Positions 53,101 through 64,000 of a DNA stretch of 64,000 nucleotides are shown here, piece after piece (position 1 is the first letter of the stretch; each line of letters starts with the position of its first letter). A program made the position numbers and the translations under genes. Source of the stretch: Moniliella sp. 'wahieum' (taxonomy: Eukaryota). The notes under the pieces are model-generated. The model had not been told where the DNA came from. It did no database searches and saw only the letters and a list, made by a program, of their open reading frames with translations. The stretch covers positions 124,001 through 188,000 of the forward strand of contig RSEE01000011.1 in NCBI GenBank assembly GCA_003971905.1, read 5' to 3'.

Positions 53101-53656
53101 CGACCTCCTCCACGCCAGGCCGGCGACCGTTCACACCGCAGCTCATGCGGGCTTGGCGCTATTGCGTCCGTTCGATGCGCCCGCCCACTTGCTTCCCTCC
53201 GTTGGGTCGCTCCTGCTTTCGGTCCAGAAGGCCCTCCTGCCGCCTGCGACTGAAGTGGCTGCTCACCCGCCGAACGGAGAGCGGAGAATGACAAGGACGA
53301 AGACGGGATACGGCGTTTACTGATGCGATGCCTCCGTCTTCTGAAGCCCAGGCCCCCTCTACCCCTTCCTTCACGACGGCCCATCCCCCTTCCTTGTCGA
53401 CCGCACTGGCAGGGCAAGGCGTGCGCGCCCAATCGATCCGCAGTGCTCTCGGCGCCCAGGGTTGGACCTGATCACCGCGGCATTGGGAAACATTGTCCTG
53501 GAGGAGCGGAAGGATGTGGTGGTTCCCGATGCGCCACCTAAGCCGCAGGCCAATCCCGGCCGAGAAGCCTTCCTCGGTGTCCACTACTCCCGACGTGTCC
53601 ATCGTGGCGAAGCCTGCCAAATCAAACGCGCGCAAACGCAAGGCTCGAGTGAGTGA
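50156..53656 (+). CDS. UTP17: U3 snoRNP/t-UTP WD-repeat protein Utp17/Nan1 (WDR75)
   Basis: Lys-rich N-terminus, VWSHDG, MHWHPHPVRALAF followed by SGGDESTLVVW, WLATVESR, LVFWH...YTLASRIERPHQGTVTAAAF, LATASTDGSVRLW. Confidence 0.8.
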
Positions 53657-53836
53657 GCACTAATAGTAGCCTTGGTCCTAAAATTGATGCACTTGTGCTT
53701 ATTCTTTTGCAACTACATCTATATTGTGCCTGCCAGGTGGATATTAGTACCAGACAGAAGATCTTTTTGAGGAGACGGCCTGGGAGGCCCTGCGTGGTGC
53801 ACGCTTCGTGCATCGCTAAATAAGGGGACGATAGGA

Positions 53837-54625
53837 TCAGTGGGAATGGAAGTAGGCCGATGGGTTGGTCACAGAGATGGTCTCTTGGCCTTGAACCCAG
53901 TTGGCCGGGCAAACTTGGTCTCCATGCTGGGCGGTAAACTGAAACGCGTCGAGCAAGCGCAGGATTTCCTCCAAGTTGGTCTGCAGTGGCTAGACAAAGA
54001 GTGGAAGAAAGCAGGTAAGTACCACGCTAGGTACGTATTTTTTGGGGGGGGGTTAAAGGACCTACCTGTGCCGACAGGTCGGCGTGCTGCACAATGCCTT
54101 GCGGGTCGATGAGGAAGGTGCTGGGCAGTGCCGTACCCTGCTCTTGCTGTAGCACCCCAAACGCCCGACTGAGCGAAAAGTTGGTGTCGGCCACGAGGGC
54201 AACCAGAGGGGTGGGGCTTGAGCCGACCAGGCCTTCAACGCGTATTCGCTGTCGGTCGAAGCGTAGTACACCTCGGCCTGGCGGGCGGCAAAGGTCTGAC
54301 CCAACCCAGGCGCGACGGTGAGAGAGTGGGTGAAGGCAGGCGGAATGAAGCTCAGCACAGTCCACTTGCCTTGCGTCTGTTGTTGGCAAGGGAGACCTGT
54401 TCGAACGTCCTTCCCGCACAGCCGTCTTGACAAAGTCGGGCGCCGGCCCGCCCACGAGTGGGCAAGAGGAGTTGGTAAGACGCGCCTGTGGGGGAGCGGG
54501 GGCGAAGTGGGAACGGAAGCGGGCACAGGTCCGGGCACATTCTGCTCGATACGTGCGGCCTTGCGCTTGCTGTGCTCAGTGGCCTCGTCGAGCGCGCGCT
54601 TGGAGGGAACAGGGTGGGTCGACAT
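53837..54625 (-). CDS. Tsa1/AhpC-type peroxiredoxin-fold protein lacking catalytic residues
   Basis: [66 protein letters not shown]. After an intron (about 54065-53990) it reads [34 protein letters not shown]. Confidence 0.9.
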
Positions 54626-56527
54626 GGTGGTGGAGAGCAAGCAATTTCTTCGGAGGGTGGCCACCCATCCGGTTGTAGCCTGCGGTAGCCCCACTGCGGC
54701 ATAGGCGAGTGGACATTTCAAATTGGGAACACCCCACGCGTAGAAGTTGATGGTTGAGTTTCAACGTTGATGCCCTTGAGCATATTTCATTCCCCTGCCG
54801 TGAGAAGTTGGGTGCCTTATACGAGTGTTAACATGACAATGAACGCGATGAAGTATATCATTGACTTCCAGACTCTGCTGGCCACCGAATTGCCACTCTT
54901 CTGCGCAGTAGGAATGGTGGCAAGTTGCATCAGCCCTCTCAGAGAAGACGCGTCTGAGAAGACGCGTTTTTCGTCGTGTACCCCACCCCCCGTTCAAGAC
55001 GCATATCTGGCCGCCTTCGTGCTTACCGAGTTCCTATTAGAGGCGTGTGCCCCCACACCATAAAATGCCCAGGCTTGAACTTCATTTCCTGCTCAGCTGT
55101 TTTGCCGACTTCTGCCACGGCGGTTCTTTGAGAGAACATCAGTGCGTGTTACGACTGTGAAGCGCAATATTGCCGGCCTATTTTGAGGACGCCGGGCTCA
55201 CACGGGAACTTCCGTGACCGCGTGAACCCCCTGTAGTTTAGGGGTATATAATATAAACGTTAAACCCTTGGACAGGCCAATCATTGTCTCGTACGTTAGG
55301 TCCTGCTTCAACTGGTTGAACGTGTTGAACGTTGAACCGAGCGCATGTAGAGGCGAGGGAGAGACCCTCTAGTTTGGGTGGCTGCCTGTGCAAAGGCCAC
55401 GGCCCAGACCCTCCGAGGTAGGAGCTGCGTACTTAGGTCGTTAGACCAGTTGAAGGGGTCAGGAGCTCCGAAGTTACTCTGTTCCTCGCAGCGTTACCAC
55501 ACTCGGTATGCTGTAGTAGGCGGGAACAGACAAAGTCCTAAAGAAGAGCAAGCACTACTGATGAGAGTAACCGCGGCTTGCAGCGTACTCGACGGAAGTC
55601 GTGAATTCGTAAGCGTAAGGGTGGTAGAAGGGGGCCGAAAGCGAGAGAGGAACGGGTAGTCGGGGAGACCAAAGACAGGATGGTCGACAAGGCCACAGCT
55701 AGCAAGCCTTAGGCATGGCTGCTTATATTTAACAAAAGGAACCAGGCCTCAAGTGCCCCATGACAGGTATAGACAAATGCGGGGCAGTTTCCAGAGAGTA
55801 AAACTAATGCCACATCCCGTGCTCTCAAAGGCGCTCTGACGCTGCGTAGTCGGGCGCAGCAGGAAGGGTTCTGCCCAGACTGAACGCATGGCACAAGCAT
55901 CGTACCGATGAGCCTATGCGGCCATGCACCATGGTGCATGGCAGGCCGCAGATGATATAATCCGCAGTTGGATAAGGTGTCGTCTGGCTCTCGTCGTCTC
56001 GCTACTCTGTTGGGCTGATGAGATGTCTACGACATGCTGGCTTATAGCGTCCGAAGATAACTTTGAGCGCTTGTAACATGTAACAGGAGGTGCGGAGTTG
56101 AAGCCCATTTCGTGTTCCTTCCAATATTCATTCCTGGAGGGCAGGAATATGCTCAGATTCTGTAGCTCATGTGCAAGGCAATAATCTTCTACAGTACCTT
56201 CCTTACAATGGCCTAAGGCGTAATCCTGTCGGCCGATTATAATGAGCCAGCTGGTGGCTTGGATGGCGTCCCTGTCAAAGATTCTAGTGCGGCGTAGCGC
56301 TGTGACGAAGGTGTGACAGAGCATGGCTTACGGCATGCCCACCGGCTGCCAGCACTGTCGCAGTCGCCGCGCGCACGCTCATCGACATCGATGAGCCGCC
56401 GAGCTGGCACAGCCCCGAGCGGCCCATCTATCGCCCCCTCTCCGTGCCTCCACCCCACATCTCCCGCCGCCACCGCCGCCCTATTCTCCTTCCACCCTGT
56501 CCAGCGACGCCCGCTTCCTCCTTCACC

Positions 56528-58243
56528 ATGTCCGACCCGTACCAAGAGCTGGTCGCCAAGGCCAACGATGAGAATTGCCTACCGAGGACTGCAGGTCAAC
56601 CTGACCTTTGCGACCGGGTCAGCACCGACGTGCCCCAATGGAGTCCACCAAGTTTTCGATGCTCTCACAGCACGTCTCCAGCACCCGAATCCACAGAAGT
56701 AAAGTAGTCTCACCTTGGCCGATGCGCTGGGCAAGAACGTGCCGGCCAATATTATGTACCCGGAAATGTCAAACCCCGCTGTGGCCAGCTCAACCGCATG
56801 GTTCACGACACCACTTTCCCCACTGTTCGCCGTCGCACTCATGGGTCTCATCCAGGAGTGGGATTCTGACTTGAGCATGTCGGGCGCATTCCGGAACTCT
56901 GCTTCAAGACACGTACGCTGCTCTCAAGTCTCAGAGTTCGTTCTTAACCCTCCTGACATTCCCATGTGAAGTACTAACCTTCCTTAAAACAGACTTGGAC
57001 ATCTCTTCTGCCGCCCTGCTGCTGCCGAGGACGCTGAGGACGAGGAACTGAAGAGAGTTGCTGGCCCTTTCGTTACAGACCAAGGCGGACGCAGCCAATG
57101 GTCGTCCAACTACTATGGCGCCTCCGGTGCTAACAATGGCGGAAGCGCGGCCGGCATGGCATCTGTCTCGTCCTCCCAGCCAGCGGCCAGCACCCCAGCC
57201 AGTGCTACCAATCCGTTTCTCCCTGGTCCAACACTATCTTCGGCCACCCCCGCTGGTGGCTCGAATCTGGCCCAACTAGTTGACGTTTCTCCAGCTGGGG
57301 CTACAGGTGCCTCACAAGGTGCGGCCGTAGCCGCTGCCGCTGCCGCGTTGGGTGGAGCCGCCCCACTGACGGCCACCCCGGCCCGTACAGAGGAACCCAC
57401 CACCGTCACTTCTACTACCACCACCGCAGAAAGTGCATCTTCCCCGCCAGCTGGGAAGATCATCTCGTCACGTGTACGGGCGTTGTACGACTATACCTCG
57501 TCCGAACCGGGAGTGTTGAACTTCAAAGCAGGGGATGTGATTCGGGTGCTGGATACGATATTCGAGCATTGGTGGAAGGGGGAGGCACGTGGGAAAGTGG
57601 GCATCTTTCCCGTCAACCATGTTGAAATTCTGCCCCAACCCGACCCCCGATGATTTGGCTCGCGATGCCGCGTTGGAAGCCTCCCTGCTTGGCTCCGCTA
57701 CCGCGATTGATGAGTTGGCCCTCAAGCTAGCTACCCTCGATCCCGCCCAACCCGTCAGTTCCACGGACAAGGCGGAGCTCGAGGGGATGTACCAGAGTGC
57801 AGCTGATGTGGCTCCCAAGCTCGCCGAGCTCATCGCGCGGTACCAGGCCAAGCTCGCCGAACTGAATGGCTTACACGAGAAGTTTGAACAGGCACGCAAC
57901 CGCTACGCCCAGGTTCTCCATCCTCGTCTTCTTCTTCTTCGGCCCCTCAGCTGCCCAATCTGTGGAACAGGCTACTGCTCCAGCTACTGCCACAACGGCC
58001 GTTCCCGCTTCTACCCCTGCTTCTGCCCCCGCTACTTCGCAGGTTCCTGCGCAAGCTACTACTCCTGCCACGTCTTCTCCCGCCGCCCCAACTACCACCG
58101 CCGCTTCGGACGTCGTCGACCCCGCCCCGGCTTATGATCAGCAAGCGGTACCTCAACCGCCACCGGGGATGGACATCAACTCGCCCGAATACGCCGAGTG
58201 GTATTGGCGGACGTTCCCCCAGAATGCCCCGGCGCAACAGTGA
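56528..58243 (+). CDS. HSE1: ESCRT-0 subunit Hse1/STAM (VHS-UIM-SH3-GAT)
   Basis: VHS start MSDPYQELVAKANDEN, CDRV, LADALGKN; UIM EDEELKR.LALSL; SH3 VRALYDYTSSEPGVLNFKAGDVIRVLDTIFEHWWKGEARGKVGIFPVNHVEIL; GAT-like helices. Confidence 0.9.
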
Positions 58244-60780
58244 TCGATGGCCATGTACCAGATCCTACGCTGCGCCCCGTGCTGCCCCTTTCGTTGGTCA
58301 CATGCTGGTCTGTGGAAGAGAAAGGAAAGAGTGACCTCAGTGGAGGGGGCGGGTGGATCTCTTGCCTTTTCTCTGTCGGGAATGGACTTTTGTTGCAGCC
58401 CTAGGTTCCGGCCCTTTTCCGTCCCTTTGGATCTTACCTCTTCTCCCCTACGACCCGCCTCGCCATTCGTACGATCCATCTCTCTTCCTTGTTGCATCTG
58501 GCCTTGGCATAACCGGACCAGTAGTCTCCTTTGGATGTCCAAAGAGGAATGCATGCAACCTCGAATCTGGGCTTGAAGTGTGTGGAAGGAAGGAACGAGG
58601 ATAGGATCTAATACATTCGTACCACCTACGCGTCAACGCCAACTTGGTCGACACGTCATCGTGTCAACGTTCAGAATCTCAGATGAGACGTGCAGCGTAT
58701 ATACTTCGACTGGCGACTAGCAACTAGAGCAACTCCCGCTCTCGATGCTGTGCGGCAGCAGTGTGGGGCGCCCCAGTTACTGGTTTCACACACGTCACGC
58801 GTCACGACTGGAGGCGGAAACAGCGCCCTGCTTGCAGCTGCGGCAATAAAATGCACCAGGGGCTTGCGCATGACGCGTGACGCGTGACGTGACGGCCGGT
58901 GTCTTATTCCATTCCCGGTTATACCCTCTGTCACACGTTATACCCGCTACCGAATCTCTCTAGATGATGAGCTGAATCGCGTTACGCGCGATTTTGGCGC
59001 AGCACGAGAGACAAACAGAAGTGTCCAGAAAGGCTTCCTCCACGTCCACCACTTGCGCGTGAGAAGCGTCGCGTGTGGCTCAGGCTCAAAACGTGAATTC
59101 AATATTCATAGGCCTGAAGCTCCTGAAGAGACCGTGAAGCTGAAGCTTTTGAAGTTGGTCTGTACTCAGCCACATGTATTCTTCACACGCCTGCTAAGGT
59201 ACTTTTTTTATTACTTGTACTCATCATCCATGTATCGTCATCATGTGCCCGACCTTATGCCATCTCAATATCTCTCACTTCTCTCTTTTCTCATCGTCGT
59301 CGCGCGCCTATAATGCCGACTGTGTCCGGCACTCTCTTATACGTCGTGCCCCTGACGGACTTCCATCGCTGTGCAGCTAGTGAGTGATCCACATGACGCA
59401 CATGCGTATCGATCATCTGTTTCAGATGCCATCAGCCCCTCTCTTTGTCAAGCTATTGAGGCCTCCTGTGAAAGAGTAAATGACAGCGGAGTTGCGGCAG
59501 GGGCAGAACATTATATCGCGCGTGGACTTGCCCATCCATCCAACCAAGGTTCTCCCGGTGCGCTCTCCTTGTTGGCGAGACACGGTTACGGTTCTGGTTG
59601 CAAAATATGATCTCGAATTCTCCGATAGCTCCTGGACCCGCCTCAGCACCTCCGCGACCTCAGCTGAAATGCATTGCATGTATTTCATTCTTCTTTGAAC
59701 CGGGCTGGCCTCCTGTCCCACAAGACATGTGGCATGCTATATACGTCATGAATCATGCACATGTGGCAAGCGCAGAGCCAGGAAGAGCCCTGGGTTCGAA
59801 CAACGCCTCCTGAACTTGAGAGCCTTGAAAAGCTTGAAGCTCGGAGCTTATTGGGTACGGCGATGTACTGAGGGGTTATTGAACTCTATGCAATATGCAC
59901 TGCTCCCCACACTCTCTGTGGCCTCTCTCTCTCTTTGATCCTGTCTCGAGCCCAGCGCTCGCCTCGACGTGCTTTCGATCGACTGTGGGCTCATAGACTG
60001 GTCTATGCCATCGTATTCAAGCACAATTGGTCTTAGGTGATGCAGCGGTGCGTACTAAACGTACTGAACTCAGACTGAGTACTAAATTACTGAGCGCGCG
60101 TACTGGGCGCGCTGCTGAGCCTCAGTCCTCAGGCTGAGGGGCGCTGTGAACGCGGAGCGTGGAGCGCTGACTCTGAGGCCCCACTGTGCCGGTTAATTAC
60201 ACGTGAAACGGTATAAACATAGCGTTAGTGTGCCTTCATTAATCATTCGGCGCAGCAGGGCAGCACAGCAGCGTAAGCTTGCCCGTCAGACTGACGACTG
60301 ACGACTGAGTCTCAGATCCTGAGGGAAGGGTGTGCAAGGGTGCTCCCTCAGCCTGTGCACCCGGCTCTCGCACCTGGCCTGTGTGGGAATACGGTGTCGT
60401 CGGGGGATGGCATGGCTCCCCCTGTGCCTGCCCCTGCCTTGGCTGGGCGGCGATAACGACGTGGCTGGGCGGCCCAGCTCAGCCGCACAGGGGCACCCAG
60501 GAGGACGCAGCGCCTACGCCGGCCTGCCAACCGCGCGACCCTTCCGACCCTGGCCAGCGGAGACGCGCACGCTGCCGCCATGCGGAGGGGGGGGGCCGCA
60601 GGGGGCGAGCCAGCATTCTGCCCCTCCGCTGTTCCGGCTGGTCCCTCGATCTGCGCCGATTTTATCATAGACCATCGATCGTCGCGGCGCAGCTACAGCC
60701 ACAGCCCAGCCACAGCCACAGCGATCCAGCTGGACTGCGGCGGTGCAGGCCAAGTCTGTGGGGGGACTCCATCTGCTCCG

Positions 60781-60874
60781 TCTCCATCTCCATCTCCATC
60801 TCCATCTCCATCTCCATCTCCATCTCCATCTCCATCTCCATCTCCATCTCCATCTCCATCTCCATCTCCATCTC
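60781..60874. repeat. (TCTCCA)15 hexanucleotide microsatellite
   Basis: Perfect array ending 25 bp before the putative MAPK ATG at 60900. Confidence 0.97.
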
Positions 60875-60899
60875 GCCATCCCCCACCCTGATCGCCGCC

Positions 60900-62653
60900 A
60901 TGTCGACAGGAGCTACCTCGATACCTGTGCGCGCTCGCCGTTCACGCCGTCCCATCCACACCCACCTCCACCAAGTGCCTGCTCTACCCTTCGCATGGTG
61001 GCTCCCGATGCTTCACCCCTTGGAAATGGCTGTCTGCCGATCCCAGAAGCCCCACCAAAGGCTGCCGACTCTCTCATGCCCTGCGCCTTTGACCCCGAGC
61101 ACTTGGACGCGATGGGGTACCACACCTTCCAGTGCTTTGACACAGCCTTTCATGTCCATAAGCGTTACTCCTTTGTGCGCCCCCTTGGCTTTGGATCGTA
61201 TGGTTCTGTTGCCCTGGTGCACGACGCTGTGCTCAATGTCCACTTGCGTACGCTCAGCTCACCCCCTAATGTGCTGTGCCCGCAAGCCAACTGACCCCTT
61301 CCTTTTGTTCACAGTCTCAAGAAGATCAACCAGGTTCTGCACAGTGGTACGCCGCCGCGCGACATGCGTTGCGCGAGGTAACCATCATGCGCCACATGAA
61401 CGAATGTGACAACTCTGCTGTCCTGCTCGACATTGATGCCGCTTTGTTGAGTGGGGGGAGCTCTACCTCGTCATGGCCCCCCCGAAGCAAACCTAGCTCA
61501 GATCATCCGTTCACGACAGTCTCTCAGCAACGAGCATCTCCAATACTTTGCGGTCCAGCTACTTCGCGGTGTGAGCTACATGCACGCGGCGCACATTATG
61601 CACCGTGATCTTAAGCCAAGTAATGTGGTGGTCAATTCCGATTGCACCCTGCGCATTTGCGATTACGGTCTGGCCCGTGCTTGGTCCCACGGATCCCTGT
61701 CCAAGCTGGCGCCCGCACCTGGCCTGCCTGTGTCGAGACGCTGGACATGTCACCAGCCGTGTCTCCTGGGGTCCGATCACAAAAGTCGACCCTCAACGCC
61801 CATCGCAATTTTTACGTGCCGGAGAACCATTGTCTTCGTACGTGACAACGCGATGGTACCGTGCCCCCGAACTGCTCCTGCGCTTTTGAGGGATACGGCC
61901 CCCCTGTGGACATGTGGGCAGTGGGATGCATTCTCGCCGAGCTTCTCCTTGGCCGACCCCTATTTCCGGGGAATGACAGCCGTGACCAGGTTCGCCTTAT
62001 CTCCCAAGCTCTCGGCCCGCCGGGCTATCGGACGGTAGCCAAGGTTTCTCCTAAGCTGAAGGGCAAGCTGGGGAAATTGTGCGCCCAGGAGCCGGTGGAG
62101 TGGTCTCAGATATTTGCCGGCTGCAACCCACAAGCGACAGACTTGGTTGCTAAGCTTCTCTGCTGGGACCCCACCGAACGGTTGACCGCCCCAGAGGCTC
62201 TGGCCCATCCTTGGCTTGGCGCATACCACACCGCCTCGGTCCAATTCTCCGAACCCCAACCGTTCACTGCATTTGATACGGTTGAGGCCCACTTCGTCCA
62301 CCCGCACGAATGGGTGCGAGCGTTCCAAGAGCAAGAACGGGTGATGCACCATGATGGCCCGCCTTCTTCTCTGAGGCAGAAGGTGCCTGCTGGTACTTCG
62401 GATTGCACCCCGTCGCTTTTTCTCTTCTGACGCACTTCCCACCTCTCCGAGCACGACGGCGACCAGCGTGGCCACGCCCACCTCCCTCCCTTCGCTCGAT
62501 CCATCGTCCAAGACGGTATCCCAGACGGGCAAGCACAAGCCCAACCACAAGACGGTTGCTTCCTCGCTCTCGCTCCTCCTCCTAGGCGCGCATGGACTCC
62601 TCGTTTCGGGTCCGGGTGTCGAGGTGCCCCCCCATGATCTATGGGACGTCTGA
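60900..62653 (+). CDS. MAP kinase family (CMGC), atypical
   Basis: [122 protein letters not shown]. The 3' end is uncertain. Confidence 0.9.
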
Positions 62654-63530
62654 CCGTTATCGCGCAACCCACGGTTACCCTCTCCATGCCTTACTTCTGT
62701 TGTTATACCCAACACTTTCTCATTTTATGCTGCCAAATGCAATCTTTTCCCGTCATCATAGAAACATTGCATGTGTTCCAGCTAGCGATAGCGTGCACCT
62801 GATTTAGGCAGGCGACTATAGCTCTGCCGTCGAGAATGTTGGCCGGTGGAGGACACCTTCTGAATACTTTTGCTATATTAAGAGCCATGATACCTCTCTG
62901 TTCCTCAGTTTAGAAGGAATTCTGGATCGCGTGGGAGAACTTCGCACTCCTTGGTATCATACAGAGGATGCTGTTCATCATTATTAGTGTTTTGAAGAAG
63001 CGGGGGGAATCGAAGGCGGGGTGTCCAAAATTGGACGTGGTCTGTAATATATATGGCGAAGATCGAGAGAGGTGTGTGCGATGGTGATCGCTGCACGGTG
63101 TCTCCGCATGCACTGGCACACTGCTCTGACTCGCGAGCCTGCCTGCCAACAGGCCGATATTCATTGAACGTTATTGAGGACGCCAAACATGTCGTGGCCC
63201 CAACCCACATCTGCAGTCTCTCTCAGGTCTCACCCTAAGCACAGGACCCACGTCCAACCAGGCATGCACGATCCACATGAAGGTCTGAGATTCTGAGATC
63301 TCTGAAGTCTGATGTCTGATGCAAAAGCCAGAGAGATAAGGTTGAAAATTGAAATTGGATGTATCGGTGCAACCACATAGAATGACGGGCGATTCCTCCG
63401 CAGGGGCCACAGGGCGGAACTGGGTGATAGGGGGGTGCTGGTTGGGTTAGTGGATGGCGCAGATGAGGGTGCACATCCAGATGGGGGCGTGCAGATCGCT
63501 TCGTCAGCCCCACCGTCTCGTCTCGTTGGG

Positions 63531-63583
63531 CCCTCTTGCTCGTGCTCTTGCCCTTGCTCGTGCCCTTGCTCGTGCTCTTGCTC
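63531..63583. repeat. Degenerate hexamer repeat (YTGCYC-like) in the SIN3 leader
   Basis: CTCTTGCTCGTGCTCTTGCCCTTGCTCGTGCCCTTGCTCGTGCTCTTGCTC. Confidence 0.8.
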
Positions 63584-63663
63584 ACCACCACCACCCCGCT
63601 CCCTCCCCCGTCGCTGCGCCGTGCTGTGCGCGTGCTTCGGTCCGCGCACGTGTTGGATCCACC

Positions 63664-64000
63664 ATGGTATGGCCCTTGCCCACTCTGCTTCCCGCCTGAG
63701 TACTGACCGCCCTCCCCAGTCATCGCTCAACGTCAAGGATGCACTCGAGTATCTCGACCAGGTCAAGGTCCAGTTCGCTGACCACCCCGATGTGTACAAC
63801 CGCTTCCTCCTCATCATGAAGGACTTCAAGAGCCAGGCCATCGACACCCCCGCGTCATCGAGCGCGTCTCAGCGCTCTTCCAGGGCCATGCCGCCCTCAT
63901 CCAGGGCTTCAACACCTTCCTCCCGCCTGGCTACCACATCGACTGCTCCCAAGAGACCAACATGATTACTGTCACCACCCCCACTGGCAGCATGACCGCC
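63664..64000 (+). CDS. SIN3: Sin3 corepressor, PAH1 domain (5' part, runs off the window)
   Basis: [69 protein letters not shown]. Confidence 0.93.

Noticed and set aside
55225..55270. Telomere-like TTTAGGGG and TAAACCC near a TATA-rich patch
   Set aside because: Single units only, with no tandem array.
54800..56300. Hidden gene or ncRNA in the long intergenic regions (also 46750-48250 and 58250-60300)
   Set aside because: No ORF with recognisable motifs and no convincing RNA structure by eye; an Rfam/Infernal scan would be needed.
58960..58993. Helitron-like 3' end on the minus strand (AATCGCG/CGCGATT hairpin 11 nt before CTAG)
   Set aside because: The base after CTAG is A rather than the expected T, and no matching 5' end or second copy is visible.
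60330..60961. ORFs with poly-SI, poly-HL, poly-WR, poly-ME or poly-SP peptides
   Set aside because: These are translations of the (TCTCCA)n microsatellite in six frames.
8110..62653. A signalling gene cluster (PDK1, G-beta, HSE1, MAPK)
   Set aside because: The genes are interspersed with unrelated housekeeping genes and nothing beyond chance neighbourhood supports linkage.

Overview
Gene-dense, GC-rich eukaryotic DNA, most likely from a basidiomycete fungus (short GT-AG introns with CTRAC branch sites, fungal-type housekeeping genes). Nearly every gene carries several 1-bp indels, which points to an unpolished long-read assembly, so gene boundaries are approximate and frameshifts alone are not evidence of pseudogenes. 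Recognisable genes, in order: DED1, a PIN3/LSB1-like SH3 protein, LTV1, a PDK1/Pkh kinase, a G-protein beta subunit, a stand-alone TrpG-type amidotransferase, a histone-fold-like hypothetical protein, YTH1, glycogen synthase, a long low-complexity protein, a decayed condensin YCG1 fragment, an Atr1-like MFS transporter, a tRNA-like gene, a CRE-like non-LTR retrotransposon, URC1/urg1, a beta-hydroxyacid dehydrogenase, UTP17/NAN1, a peroxiredoxin-fold protein, HSE1, a MAP kinase and the start of SIN3. The most striking unexplained signal is an intergenic 7-bp pattern: TGA followed by a 4-bp palindrome, repeated in register, with different palindromes mixed inside one array. Other highlights are a 2-Cys peroxiredoxin homologue lacking both the peroxidatic Cys and the catalytic Arg, a MAPK with SxY and DYG motifs, and the unfused TrpG. 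All assignments come from motif recognition; no searches were run.
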